The translations under genes were made by a program, and so were the position numbers. A stretch of DNA of 64,000 bases from a virus. Shown one piece after another: positions 18,227 through 28,276 of the stretch. Within the stretch, counting starts at the first letter, position 1; each line of letters opens with the position of its first letter. A model generated the notes under the pieces. It made no database searches, was not told the origin of the DNA, and saw only the letters and a list, made by a program, of their open reading frames with translations. Location: IMG/VR virus record IMGVR_UViG_3300025131_000006. One strand, 5' to 3'.

Positions 18227-21200
18227 ATGAGCAACCGAGTTCTCGTTTTTTCCGACTTGCAAGCACACACGCATCATGCGTACGCAAGGTCATTGCCGAA
18301 TGGCCGGAATACCCGACTCAAGGCAGCGACGGACTGCTTGAAGTATATCATCGACTTTGCAAGGGAGAACCGGATTCGGGATGTGGTCTTCTGCGGGGAT
18401 CTCTTCGAGACCAAGAATCGAATCCCGATGGTTGTTCTCCAAGAAGTGTGCGAATTGATCGTTGATTCGGTGGTTCACGGGTTGCGTTGGTTTATGATCC
18501 CAGGGAACCATGACTATGCAGTGCGTAACGGAGAGGTCCACGCCTTGGCGTTATTGCGTGGGCACGAGGACATTTACATTTTTGATGAGGATTGGTCGCG
18601 TGTTCCATTTCATAACTTTGGGGCATCCTTGGACAGTTCCATGTCCGCACGAGGGGGCGTGCCGACCTTGATCCACACGGTCAAATATGCAGAGAAATTA
18701 CCAGTAGAGGTGTTCGATGTGGAGCCGGACGAGGGCTCTCTGCGGGTATTGTTGGCTCATGGTTATGTGGAGGGCATGTGCGACTTCCCCCACGACTTCC
18801 CGGAAGACGAGATGGCCCAAGACGGGGAGTGGATACGAAGAGCGTGGCTCCGAGGCTTCGACGCGGCTCTGGTGGGTCACTACCACAAGCCAATGGTTGA
18901 GAACATTCACGGGTGCCAGGTTATTGTTCCGGGTTGCCCGTATCAAGAGAAGTCCGACGCTATGGGCCAAGAGCGAGGGTTCTTTGTTTGGGACTTGGAC
19001 AGTCGGGAGGCAACGAAGCATGTGATCCCGGAGAGCGTGGCACCGAGATTTGTGAAAGTGTCCATTGGGGCCGATGGTGTTGTGGAAGAGGAGGTCGCGT
19101 CCAACAGCATTGTATTATTGGAGCCTGCGGTAAGAGGGGTGCCTGCGGATGTGATTAAGCAAGCTCGTCAGAGCCTGATGGCTTCGGGTGCCTCGTACGT
19201 AGAGCCCCTGACGTTGCCACGCACTCCGGTCGTCCGGGTGGAGCGTCCAGCGATCGAGGTCGGCACCCGAAGTACACCGTTGAGTGTGTTAAAGCGTGTC
19301 CTTCGTTCGGATGCTATCGACCTGCGGGGGTGTTCTCTGCGTGAGTTGGAGCGAAAGGCTTCGGCTATTATCGCGGAGCATGGGCTCTTGCGAAAAGGGG
19401 CAAAGGGTGGATCTCCTGTGGTGGAGATGTATTTGAGTGCGCGAGATGCGTTTGCATTCGGTCGGGTTGATGTGGAGTTGACCGACCAGGGCTTGCTTGG
19501 AGTGGGGGGTGTCAACATGGAGACTTCTCAGGCGAGCAGCAATGGTGCGGGGAAGTCCACGCTTCCGGATGTGGTGTCGTTAGTCTTGTTTGGGAAGTCT
19601 CTGCGAAATGTGCGGGCAGATGAAACGATCCGCCGGGGAGCACGATCGTATCGAGGCATGATTCGGTTTGCGACATCCGATGGCAAGCGATACGAGATCT
19701 TTCGTTGCAGAAAAGACAAAGAGTTCGGGGGCGGGCTGTTCTTCCGGAAGGGATGGGGTGAGTACGACTTGGAGGAATTTGAACTTCCAGGAAAAGACGT
19801 CGATATGCGCGGAGGAGAGGGGAAGGAGACGCAGGATCATATCTCAGCGTCGCTCAGTATGGGGTTCGGGTTGTTCCGTGCCTTAGTTCTGTTGGGAGAA
19901 GGTGGAGACTTTCGGTTTGCAGCGTTGGGAGATTCGGCAAAAAAAGATGTCTTGTCAGATATTCTGGGGGTGTCGTTCTATGATGATCTCGCCAAAAACG
20001 CTCGGTCTCTTGCGAACACTCTGAGCGACGAGCAGGACAAATTGGAAGCAGAAGCAGGAGTACTGCTTTCGGAGAAGGAGGACGCAAACCGCGAGTGGCA
20101 TGTCGTGCAAGAGTCATTGGTGCGTTGGGAGAGAAAGCACCTGTATGAGATCCAAGGTGCCGAGGAGACTTTGGTTGCCGCACAAAAGGTTTTGCGACTC
20201 GCAGACGAAAAAATCATTGCACCGGCAGCGGGAAGTTCAGTGACTGAACTGAAAGATACGCGGGTTCGTGTTCTGGAATTCCGGGAATTGCTCGAACAAG
20301 CCAGAGAGGACCATGCAGGTCTCTTGGAGGAAGCGAACGAGAGTGCTCTTGCTTCTCAATCCAAGGTTGTCGGCCTGTTGTCGGATGTTCGATCGGTCGA
20401 GGCCCAATTGAAAGATCGGCGTGACTTGATCGCTCGTGGGAGGTGCGGAGAGTGCGGGCAAATCGTGACGGAAGATGTCTGCGAAGGCAAACTCTCCGAG
20501 TTAGAGGGACGCTTGGCAGAGTTGCAGGAAGATCTCCATGTTGCCAAAGGTCGAAAGTCCAGTTTGTCCGCGATCTACAACGATAGGCTTGTCTCCAGCA
20601 CAGGGGATACCTCAGAATTGGAAGAGACCTTGGGAGGGTTTCGGGCGAGAGTCGAGGAATTGGAGGCCGACGGTTTGTTGATCGCACAGGCGAAAGACCG
20701 GCGTGCTCAAGCTGCTCGCTTGCACGGGATACGCAGAGATGAGGTCGAGCGTTTGAAAGCCGAGGCGAATCCACACACAGGAGAGAGCGAAAGGCTCGTA
20801 GGGAGATCGGCCCGGTTGGTGACCGAGCGGGACATAAAGTTGCGAGAGCAGGCGTCGAAGCACTTGGACATGCTGCACTACAAAGTCCTCGCGGATGCGT
20901 TCGGACCCAAAGGGGCTCGATCAATGCTGTTTGACGAACTGATGCCGCAGTTGAACGATCGTTTGGAGTTATACTCCGACCTTTTTTGCGGGGGGTATAT
21001 TCGAATATCGGTGCAGTCGCAGTCTGAAACTGCCAGGGGAAAGGTGCAAGAGAAGATTGGGCTTGTGGTGGACTTCCCATCCGGTTCGTGTTCTTATGGC
21101 TCATGCAGTGCAGGAGAGAAGAGGCGAGTGGATTTGCCTGTTCTGTTTGCTCTCCAAGACGTCGCTGCTGCTTACGGTGTGGGGTTGGGCTTCTGCTTTT

Positions 21201-21421
21201 TGGACGAAGCGTTCGAGAATGTGGACGCAGCGGGCAAGGTTGGACTGATGGACCTGCTCTCCGAGGTGTCGGGTCGATCGCACACTTCCACGGTCTTTGT
21301 CGTCACTCACGATGAGGACTTGTTGGGATTGTTCGATCCGGTGATGTGGTGTTATCGTGTAGGCGGGCGAACGAGCTTGTTTTTCGGAACATCGACTGCC
21401 CCAACAGAAGTGCCTGCTTGA
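18227..21421 (+). CDS. Fused SbcD(Mre11)-SbcC(Rad50) nuclease/ATPase
   Basis: Phosphoesterase SDLQ, CGD, GNHD, GHYH; then NGAGKS Walker A, coiled coil with CGEC hook, CSAGE signature, FLDE, VVTH in one ORF. Confidence 0.9.
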   Translation: MSNRVLVFSDLQAHTHHAYARSLPNGRNTRLKAATDCLKYIIDFARENRIRDVVFCGDLFETKNRIPMVVLQEVCELIVDSVVHGLRWFMIPGNHDYAVRNGEVHALALLRGHEDIYIFDEDWSRVPFHNFGASLDSSMSARGGVPTLIHTVKYAEKLPVEVFDVEPDEGSLRVLLAHGYVEGMCDFPHDFPEDEMAQDGEWIRRAWLRGFDAALVGHYHKPMVENIHGCQVIVPGCPYQEKSDAMGQERGFFVWDLDSREATKHVIPESVAPRFVKVSIGADGVVEEEVASNSIVLLEPAVRGVPADVIKQARQSLMASGASYVEPLTLPRTPVVRVERPAIEVGTRSTPLSVLKRVLRSDAIDLRGCSLRELERKASAIIAEHGLLRKGAKGGSPVVEMYLSARDAFAFGRVDVELTDQGLLGVGGVNMETSQASSNGAGKSTLPDVVSLVLFGKSLRNVRADETIRRGARSYRGMIRFATSDGKRYEIFRCRKDKEFGGGLFFRKGWGEYDLEEFELPGKDVDMRGGEGKETQDHISASLSMGFGLFRALVLLGEGGDFRFAALGDSAKKDVLSDILGVSFYDDLAKNARSLANTLSDEQDKLEAEAGVLLSEKEDANREWHVVQESLVRWERKHLYEIQGAEETLVAAQKVLRLADEKIIAPAAGSSVTELKDTRVRVLEFRELLEQAREDHAGLLEEANESALASQSKVVGLLSDVRSVEAQLKDRRDLIARGRCGECGQIVTEDVCEGKLSELEGRLAELQEDLHVAKGRKSSLSAIYNDRLVSSTGDTSELEETLGGFRARVEELEADGLLIAQAKDRRAQAARLHGIRRDEVERLKAEANPHTGESERLVGRSARLVTERDIKLREQASKHLDMLHYKVLADAFGPKGARSMLFDELMPQLNDRLELYSDLFCGGYIRISVQSQSETARGKVQEKIGLVVDFPSGSCSYGSCSAGEKRRVDLPVLFALQDVAAAYGVGLGFCFLDEAFENVDAAGKVGLMDLLSEVSGRSHTSTVFVVTHDEDLLGLFDPVMWCYRVGGRTSLFFGTSTAPTEVPA
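20235..20249. repeat. Dispersed palindrome copy 6 (intragenic, GTTCAGTGACTGAAC)
   Basis: Encodes SSVTE in the SbcC coiled-coil region. Confidence 0.85.
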
Positions 21422-21451
21422 GAACGAGAGCCAAAGGGAGAACGGACGAAG

Positions 21452-21913
21452 ATGGGAATGATCAAAATCACAGACATCCTCTGTATTATGGAAATACCTG
21501 CTCTGACTAAAAAGGGGGATGAGTGGACCTTGCATGGGTCTGACTTCTCAGAGGGTTCGATGGGTCGGGTAGAAGAGGTCTTGGGGCGAACAGGAGGCAA
21601 GACACGTGTTCGCATGATTGTCTTGAAGGGTTCTGTTTTGTACCAGAATACAGCAGAGGACCAGATGGTGTTGGAGAGAAGTGAGGGGGCGGACGGGTAT
21701 CGTCAGTTGGCTCGCGATGCGATGGCTGTACGATCCGAGATGGCTCGCGAGGCTCCTCCTCAGTCGTCGGGCTCATCGTCCGCTCCAGCTACGGGTGCAG
21801 CGGTCCTTCAGAATTTGGGGATGCTGGATCAGCAGGGGAATGTTGTTCCTGATGGCTCCAGGAGAAGTATGGGGGTTATGTCAAAGTCCCAATACAACAA
21901 GGGTCGGCAATAA
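21452..21913 (+). CDS. Hypothetical protein
   Basis: ORF with RBS in operon context. Confidence 0.65.
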   Translation: MGMIKITDILCIMEIPALTKKGDEWTLHGSDFSEGSMGRVEEVLGRTGGKTRVRMIVLKGSVLYQNTAEDQMVLERSEGADGYRQLARDAMAVRSEMAREAPPQSSGSSSAPATGAAVLQNLGMLDQQGNVVPDGSRRSMGVMSKSQYNKGRQ

Positions 21914-21969
21914 TTATTCCCTAAGTGGGTTCGTCCGTGGTACTATTTGTTCTTTTTGAGGAGGAGTGA

Positions 21970-22533
21970 ATGGGACTGTTCCGACGATCGTCGCAACCTA
22001 TCGTGCGATTGGATATTCCAATTACGCCGATCCCCAAAGGAAGACCTCGTTTCTCCAGGAGGGGTTCGCGGACATACACACCCGCTCGAACTTTGGATTA
22101 TGAGAAGGCTCTTCGTGCAGAGGTTGTAAAGGGCTTGTCAGACCAGGCGGATGAGTTCCCGGTGTATCCAAAAGGGGTGCATGTTCGAATCATGGTGGAT
22201 TTTATCTTCGAGAGGCCAAAAACGAAGTCTCGAAAGAAAGACCCTGACGGGTTATTGTGGCGTATCGGGAGAGAGGATGGGGATAATCTTGAAAAAGCGG
22301 TCCTCGACGCCCTAAAAGGCGTTCTGTGGCATGATGACAACCAAGTTGTCTCTGTGACATGGCGAAAGATGTACGCACCCAAAAGAACTCCATGCTCTGA
22401 GCATGGAACTTTAATGGGGGAGGCTCGCGGTCCTCGTGTTTGCATATACACGCGGGCTGTGACAGAATGTCCTGTGCAACGCACCTGTAGTTTCGGTGCT
22501 TTACTCCCGTTCGAGGATTATGAAGATGAGTAA
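21970..22533 (+). CDS. rusA: RusA-family Holliday junction resolvase
   Basis: PIPKGRPRF; DGDNLEKAVLDALKGVLWHDDNQV. Confidence 0.88.
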   Translation: MGLFRRSSQPIVRLDIPITPIPKGRPRFSRRGSRTYTPARTLDYEKALRAEVVKGLSDQADEFPVYPKGVHVRIMVDFIFERPKTKSRKKDPDGLLWRIGREDGDNLEKAVLDALKGVLWHDDNQVVSVTWRKMYAPKRTPCSEHGTLMGEARGPRVCIYTRAVTECPVQRTCSFGALLPFEDYEDE

Positions 22534-22694
22534 AAAGCAGGAGCCGTCCGCAGACAGACCTGTGATAGTGGAGTCCACTCCTGATCCCGGATACAAGGCC
22601 CCTGCGGGTCCAATGATACCCAAGTGCACCAAGTGTCGTCGTCAACTGACAGACTGTGAGTGCAGTTACAATAGCCTGAAAAAATAGAGACAGG

Positions 22695-24416
22695 TTGATG
22701 AGTGACGCACGTAAAATTATTGCACCTACCCCGGATATTATCGCAGGAGCACGGGATGTCTCCGAGCGTTGGTATCTGAACTTGGCTCTTTGGTCACAGT
22801 ATTCGGGGCTGCGTGTAGACGGTCACCCTTTCTCGTTCGATCGACATCTTTATTTGCTGCCTATCTACATGGATCGCAGCTTGGATATTGTGGTGATGAA
22901 GTCGGCACAGATGGGGCTGACCATTGCGGAGTTGCTTCGCTGTTTTCACCAAGCCCTCCACCACGAGGCATGGGGTTATCCGTACCCAATTAAGATTGGT
23001 TTTTACTTCCCGGACAAGTCGGGTGTTTTGGATGTTGTTCGAGATCGCGTCGAGCCATTGTTGGCGTCGAGCCCTGAGTTACAACCCTACTCGACGCAAC
23101 CGACCAAGCTCTTGAAGCGAATCGGGCCAAGTTCTGTGTACTTTCGGTATATGGCCGGTAAATCGACAAAGGATTCGATTCCGCTGATGTCCTTGTTCTT
23201 CGATGAGGTTCGACTGATGTCGCCTCGTGATGTCTTTCAGGCATACGAACGTGTCTCTGCCGCCGAGATTAAGTACAAGTTTCACGCTTCAACAGCGGGC
23301 GTGCCCGACACCGATATTCATGGTCTCTTCTTGGAGTCAGACCAAAAGTGGTTCTACACGAGATGCACGCGCTGCCAGTACGAGCAGTGCCTGCCTCTGG
23401 AGTTTCCGGACTGTATCGCCGAGCACACGATCGGGACAGAGAAAGGGAAGATATACTACATCTGTAAGAGTTGTCGGCTCCCGCTCGAAGATAATCAACG
23501 GGGTCGGTATATTCCACATGGAGATCCGCTTCACGAGGTCTCCGGCTACCAATTCAGCCAGTTGGTTTCCAAGAAGATTACGGCTCGCGAGATCTGGAGA
23601 ATGTTCCAGACAACGGACAATATCCCGGAGTTCTGGAACGCAAAGCTTGGAATGCCCTATGTGGACGAGGAGAACAGGCCCGTGCACATGGGTGGCTTAG
23701 TTGATAACGAATACCAGAACATCAGCACATTGGCCGAGTGGGGGCAGTACACAGGGCAGACGTATATGGGCGTAGACCAGATGATGAATCTGAACTACGT
23801 GACGATTATCGAGGTGCGAGGAGAAGAGAGGCGTCTTGTCTGGTTCGAGATCATCGAAGACCGAGATCCTTTTGCCCGACTGTACCAACTTATGGAAGAT
23901 TACAGTGTATCTGTGTGTGTGTGTGACAGTGAGCCCAATACAAATGACGCTTTAAAGTTCGCCAGGGCATTCAATCGCCGGGTGTTTCTCGCGAAGTACG
24001 GGTTGTATCCGGACTTAGTCAGGTGGGATGACCATTGGCGGCCCAAGCGGGCTCACAAAAAGGCTGCACAGGAAGAGTTTTACCAATATCGGGTGTTTCT
24101 GGACAAGTACCAAAGTATCGGTCGAACCTTGGAGTGGATTCGTCGGGGTCGAGTGCAGTGGCCGAATCCGGAGAGGCTTGTACAAGAAGCTCTTCCTTTG
24201 GGAGGTGGCGCCAGGATGCCGTATCCTGTGATGAAAACACACGCCTTTCACCATTATTCCAGCCCTATCCGAATCAAGATCATGGAAAACGAGGAAGAGC
24301 AGAGATACAGGTTCGCGTGGAAGTTCACGATGGGAGATCCGCATGCTTTGGATTCTTTGAACTACGCGATCACGGCTTCCTTGAGGCGCCGTTCGATCGC
24401 GGGTTGGTGGTCGTAA
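22695..24416 (+). CDS. terL: Terminase large subunit (GpA-like)
   Basis: KSAQMGLT Walker A, FFDEV Walker B, ASTA, CxxC pairs, nuclease MGVD and PHALDS. Confidence 0.85.
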   Translation: MMSDARKIIAPTPDIIAGARDVSERWYLNLALWSQYSGLRVDGHPFSFDRHLYLLPIYMDRSLDIVVMKSAQMGLTIAELLRCFHQALHHEAWGYPYPIKIGFYFPDKSGVLDVVRDRVEPLLASSPELQPYSTQPTKLLKRIGPSSVYFRYMAGKSTKDSIPLMSLFFDEVRLMSPRDVFQAYERVSAAEIKYKFHASTAGVPDTDIHGLFLESDQKWFYTRCTRCQYEQCLPLEFPDCIAEHTIGTEKGKIYYICKSCRLPLEDNQRGRYIPHGDPLHEVSGYQFSQLVSKKITAREIWRMFQTTDNIPEFWNAKLGMPYVDEENRPVHMGGLVDNEYQNISTLAEWGQYTGQTYMGVDQMMNLNYVTIIEVRGEERRLVWFEIIEDRDPFARLYQLMEDYSVSVCVCDSEPNTNDALKFARAFNRRVFLAKYGLYPDLVRWDDHWRPKRAHKKAAQEEFYQYRVFLDKYQSIGRTLEWIRRGRVQWPNPERLVQEALPLGGGARMPYPVMKTHAFHHYSSPIRIKIMENEEEQRYRFAWKFTMGDPHALDSLNYAITASLRRRSIAGWWS

Positions 24417-24418
24417 AA

Positions 24419-24433
24419 GTTCAGTGACTGAAC
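24419..24433. repeat. Dispersed palindrome copy 7 (GTTCAGTGACTGAAC)
   Basis: Just after the terL stop. Confidence 0.9.
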
Positions 24434-24448
24434 GCGGGAGTTGGGTTC

Positions 24449-24784
24449 TTGCTATTATCTGGTTCGGCTTATTACACGGCTCAAGCATTACTGACGCGCC
24501 GTATTTTACGCATCCTTTGCTGCGGGCACCCCATGTTTCAAGAGGACATCTTTTCGCACCTTCCGCATGCGGAGACGACGGATTCGACATCGAAGCCTTT
24601 TGGGTTTAGCGAAATTCATCTATTCTGTGGCTCTTGTGGTCACGAGATTCGATTGGATTGTCTGATCTCAGGCACAGCAGACCAGGCGTGGCCTTACGTT
24701 GAAGCTGATCATTTTGCGAACGCCGTGTCTCGCAAGCGAAACAAGAAAGACAGAGAGGAAGGAGAAGCCGATGCCGATTTATGA
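24449..24784 (+). CDS. Hypothetical zinc-ribbon protein (start uncertain)
   Basis: CCGH...CGSCGH. Confidence 0.5.
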   Translation: MLLSGSAYYTAQALLTRRILRILCCGHPMFQEDIFSHLPHAETTDSTSKPFGFSEIHLFCGSCGHEIRLDCLISGTADQAWPYVEADHFANAVSRKRNKKDREEGEADADL

Positions 24785-25064
24785 GAGGTCTCCCGTGGGA
24801 CTCACCGGAGCAGAGTACAATTCGTTCAACGAAGAGACCGGAGAGTCTGTGTTTATCGCGGTGCAGCCGGAGGACGTCTTGGGGCACCTTGCTCGCGGAT
24901 GCACGATCGCTGAGATCCAGAAATCGATTCAAGCTCCCCGCGAGGTCATTGAGCATGTGATCATGCAGATTCCTGTGATGGTTGCATGGAGAGAGCAGCA
25001 GGCCGAGCAAGCGTCGAATGTTCAAAGGTTGCCGGAAGTTTCTTCTGTGCCAATGGGGGAGTAA
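24771..25064 (+). CDS. Hypothetical protein
   Basis: GGAG RBS before ATG. Confidence 0.6.
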   Translation: MPIYERSPVGLTGAEYNSFNEETGESVFIAVQPEDVLGHLARGCTIAEIQKSIQAPREVIEHVIMQIPVMVAWREQQAEQASNVQRLPEVSSVPMGE

Positions 25065-25074
25065 CGTGTCTCGC

Positions 25075-25539
25075 ATGGGAATAAGTCAAGCACGGGTCGC
25101 TTTGTTGGGGTCTGGTCCTTCGGAGTGGAGGGAGATGTTGATCCATCAGATCAACAGTACGTATATACGGGAGTATTCATCCGGAGACGATGTCAGCCCG
25201 GTGATGTTTTTGTTACCGACCCATCCTTCTCGGATGGAAAAATTCCCGTCAGATATGGACGATCGGTACCAAGAGGCGATTGTTGGCCAGGAGCAGCTTT
25301 TGGCAGCACGATCTGATTTGGTCGTGTTTGCAAATGACGGGTCTTGGAATCAAACCAAACATCGGCACTTGGATCGATTACTGCGCCAAGTAGGGGGCGT
25401 GATAATCTGGAATCCACCGGGCGTAGAGGACGCACCTCCGTCGGAGACAAAGCCAGGTGTTGTGACGGTTTCCGGTGGAGTTCCGAGCTTGGTGTATACC
25501 ATTTTCTACCTGCTCTTGGTTCAGGCTCGTTCGTCGTAG
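25075..25539 (+). CDS. Hypothetical protein (start uncertain)
   Basis: ORF in operon context. Confidence 0.55.
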   Translation: MGISQARVALLGSGPSEWREMLIHQINSTYIREYSSGDDVSPVMFLLPTHPSRMEKFPSDMDDRYQEAIVGQEQLLAARSDLVVFANDGSWNQTKHRHLDRLLRQVGGVIIWNPPGVEDAPPSETKPGVVTVSGGVPSLVYTIFYLLLVQARSS

Positions 25540-25618
25540 TTGTTTGGGGCTGTGCTTATATATGGGAGGAAACCAACCATATAGGTGCAATCGATGAAGG
25601 ACGAAAAGAAAAGAGAGA

Positions 25619-26521
25619 GTGACCTTTCCCATGCCCCCCGTTCGAGCCAGGCCAGGAGCAGCCGCTGCTGCGTTTGGTGCAATGCGTGGCGTGTCTGTTG
25701 AAGAGATGGAGAGGATGATCACAGAGGAAGACCTCGACGAGATAGAACGGAAGTCCGTCTCTAGACGATCAGCCCCTTATGCTCCAAGGACTTATCCGAC
25801 CTTTAAGTCGGTCAAACCAAGAAGTCCGGAGACAGGATTGCGGCGATTGAGAGAGGCCGAGATTGGTTCGGAAACAACGAGAGTTCTAGGAGCGGCAAAA
25901 GAAGATCTCTCGGAGATGATTTCGATTCACTTTCCAGTAAAGGGTGCTTCGACTATTGGCGGTATCTCATCTCCGGATGCACCTTGGTCTATCGAGATAG
26001 AGGCATCTACGATGCACGACTTTGAGTTGCGGGTCGTAATGCCTGTGTCTCAAGCATTCTTTGCGGATGGGCGGGTGATCCCGTGGACCCTGCGTGGGCT
26101 TCATTCGTGGAGTTCTTTGGGTTCTTTGCCGGAAGGCGTCCCAATCCCGGCGAGACAGTTTTATTGTAGATCTCTCGCTCACCCACGCGATTTGTTTTCG
26201 TCATGGGGGATGGATGCGGAGATGAGCTTGGGCTTAATGCCAGGGGAGTTTTGGATCTCAAATGGCGGAGTTTGGGTGTGGATATATAGTGCTTGGGTTC
26301 GTCTTTTGGATGTGGGGTCGTCTGATCTAAATGCACTTCGTCACAAAATAGGAGGGGCCGAACGAAGAGCCGTTCATGCTATGTCGTCAACAGATATGCC
26401 TATGTCGAGCCTGGAGTTTGAGCCTATCGTTATGGGTCGTGGTATAGTAGTCGAGAGTGACGTGGACACAGAGGCGTTGGAGAGAGCATCTTCTCAGCGA
26501 AAAAAAGAGAGTGATTGGTGA
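25619..26521 (+). CDS. Hypothetical protein with C-terminal RKKESDW tag
   Basis: Ends LERASSQRKKESDW*. Confidence 0.75.
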   Translation: MTFPMPPVRARPGAAAAAFGAMRGVSVEEMERMITEEDLDEIERKSVSRRSAPYAPRTYPTFKSVKPRSPETGLRRLREAEIGSETTRVLGAAKEDLSEMISIHFPVKGASTIGGISSPDAPWSIEIEASTMHDFELRVVMPVSQAFFADGRVIPWTLRGLHSWSSLGSLPEGVPIPARQFYCRSLAHPRDLFSSWGMDAEMSLGLMPGEFWISNGGVWVWIYSAWVRLLDVGSSDLNALRHKIGGAERRAVHAMSSTDMPMSSLEFEPIVMGRGIVVESDVDTEALERASSQRKKESDW

Positions 26522-27189
26522 TGGCTAAGAAGAAAAAAGAAAAAGAGTCAAAGAAAGTTGTTGAAACCCCTCAAGTACAGATTGCTTTGCGACAGCCACC
26601 GGAGACGCACCAAGAGCGTGTTGATAAAATAATCAAGTGGGTTGTCGCCTGTATGGTGAAAGCAGCCGAGCAGGTTCCCCACAGCGATGTGTTTTCTTTG
26701 CCTGTTATCCAAGACTACTTGTCGGATCGTCAGTCAGGGATTCCTGTATCTTTGGTGCCGCACGAGGTGTACGAGATCCTGATGTCAGGAGGGGAGTCTG
26801 ATTCGCCGGGGTGGGAGTCTTGTTTGTCTATGGCTGTCTATCAACTTTCTTGTTTACCGGTGTCTCCATCAGATTTTCGAGTGGGAGAGGCCCGGTGGGG
26901 TGCTGTGCGTCAGTTTGTGGAAGACTTTCGGCATCTGGGCATGTTGTCCCACACGGCAAATGCTGCAATGGAGATCGTGGAGCATCTTGGCGTCGGGGTC
27001 TCAGGTGGCAAAGCCAACCCAGGAGGAGGATGGGAGAACGTGTCCGATCCCACAGACATGTACGACTTTATGGCGCATTGCGAGGAGTTGTATCGAGTTA
27101 TCGTGGAGAACGTCGATGAGTCTTTTGCGGAAGATGGGAATAGAGAAGGAGATCCCACCCCAATCTCCGGAGAAAAAGAGGAAGAGTGA
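26521..27189 (+). CDS. Hypothetical protein
   Basis: TGATG-coupled ORF. Confidence 0.7.
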   Translation: MAKKKKEKESKKVVETPQVQIALRQPPETHQERVDKIIKWVVACMVKAAEQVPHSDVFSLPVIQDYLSDRQSGIPVSLVPHEVYEILMSGGESDSPGWESCLSMAVYQLSCLPVSPSDFRVGEARWGAVRQFVEDFRHLGMLSHTANAAMEIVEHLGVGVSGGKANPGGGWENVSDPTDMYDFMAHCEELYRVIVENVDESFAEDGNREGDPTPISGEKEEE

Positions 27190-27568
27190 GTCCGGGGGGT
27201 TGGTCTACTTTATCGAGGAGGTGGCTAAGCCCGGAGAAGAGGGGGCGATGAAGATTGGATACTCCGCGACGCCACCGCGACGACGCCAACTGCTACAGAC
27301 CGGAAACTCGCAGAGGTTGGTGATCTGGGGAACTGTTCCAGGGACGAAAGAGGACGAGGCGAGGCTTCATGGGCACCTGCGAGAGGATTGGATTCATTTG
27401 GAGTGGTTCCGCCTTACACCCCAAGTGGAGGCAAATGTCCGAATGTGCCTGCGTGTTGGGTCTGTTCCAGGGGAACTGCTGTTAGGACAGGAAGTTGGCT
27501 CTCATGCGAATGATGGCTATGTTGCAGTTCAGGCTTTGCTGCGGGGGTCGTCTCCAGGAGAAGAATGA
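27134..27568 (+). CDS. GIY-YIG (T5orf172/MUG113-like) nuclease-family protein (start uncertain)
   Basis: VYFI...KIGYS...RRQLLQTGN...EARLH...EWF. Confidence 0.75.
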   Translation: MGIEKEIPPQSPEKKRKSESGGLVYFIEEVAKPGEEGAMKIGYSATPPRRRQLLQTGNSQRLVIWGTVPGTKEDEARLHGHLREDWIHLEWFRLTPQVEANVRMCLRVGSVPGELLLGQEVGSHANDGYVAVQALLRGSSPGEE

Positions 27569-27671
27569 ATGGAGAATCGACGAAACATGTCTAGATTGTT
27601 TGTTGTTTTGCTTATCTTGTTGTTGTGCTACTACATAGCAGAGGCAATTCACATTCATCGTATGGTGCTGA

Positions 27672-28217
27672 ATGCACCAGGAGAAGGTTATGGACGGATC
27701 GAGAATCAAAGACACCCTGACGGAAGTTCCTCCTATCGTTGTAAGTAACGAGGTAAGTGACGAGGACGCAGCAGCGATCGATAAGCTGAGAGAGGCAAAG
27801 ACTCTTCGAGAGAATCTGCTTGGTTTGTCTTCGGATTGGGCATGGGATTATTTTCCCGATCTAGCGGACCTCCCTGAGAATTGGAGGCCGATCGACCAAT
27901 GCGAAGGCGGGTTCCGAGCGGTGGTCTTGAATAAGAAGGGACTCCCCCATCTTGCTGTAATCGCCAGTTGTGGTGTCGAGCAGGACGGAAATAAGTGGAT
28001 GCACTTGTCGGTGTCGCGACGCAAACATCTCCCGACATGGGGTGAACTCGTGATGGTGCGAGACGCTATTATTGGAACAGATTATTTCGCGTATCAGGTG
28101 ATCCCCCCTCGGTCTGAACACGTTGACATCGCGGATGTCCTTCACATGTGGATCTTGCTCGACGATGATAAAGGCCAAGTCTTCCCCGACTTCACCGAAG
28201 GCACAGGTCTTATCTGA
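27672..28217 (+). CDS. Conserved phage hypothetical protein
   Basis: WMHLSVS...PTWGEL...QVIPPRSEHV...LHMW pattern common in phage proteins. Confidence 0.7.
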   Translation: MHQEKVMDGSRIKDTLTEVPPIVVSNEVSDEDAAAIDKLREAKTLRENLLGLSSDWAWDYFPDLADLPENWRPIDQCEGGFRAVVLNKKGLPHLAVIASCGVEQDGNKWMHLSVSRRKHLPTWGELVMVRDAIIGTDYFAYQVIPPRSEHVDIADVLHMWILLDDDKGQVFPDFTEGTGLI

Positions 28218-28219
28218 AA

Positions 28220-28234
28220 GTTCAGTGACTGAAC
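28220..28234. repeat. Dispersed palindrome copy 8 (GTTCAGTGACTGAAC)
   Basis: Between convergent genes. Confidence 0.9.
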
Positions 28235-28276
28235 TTTATCCCCTCCCTTTGAGTACCCCCTCTTTCTTTTACCTCC

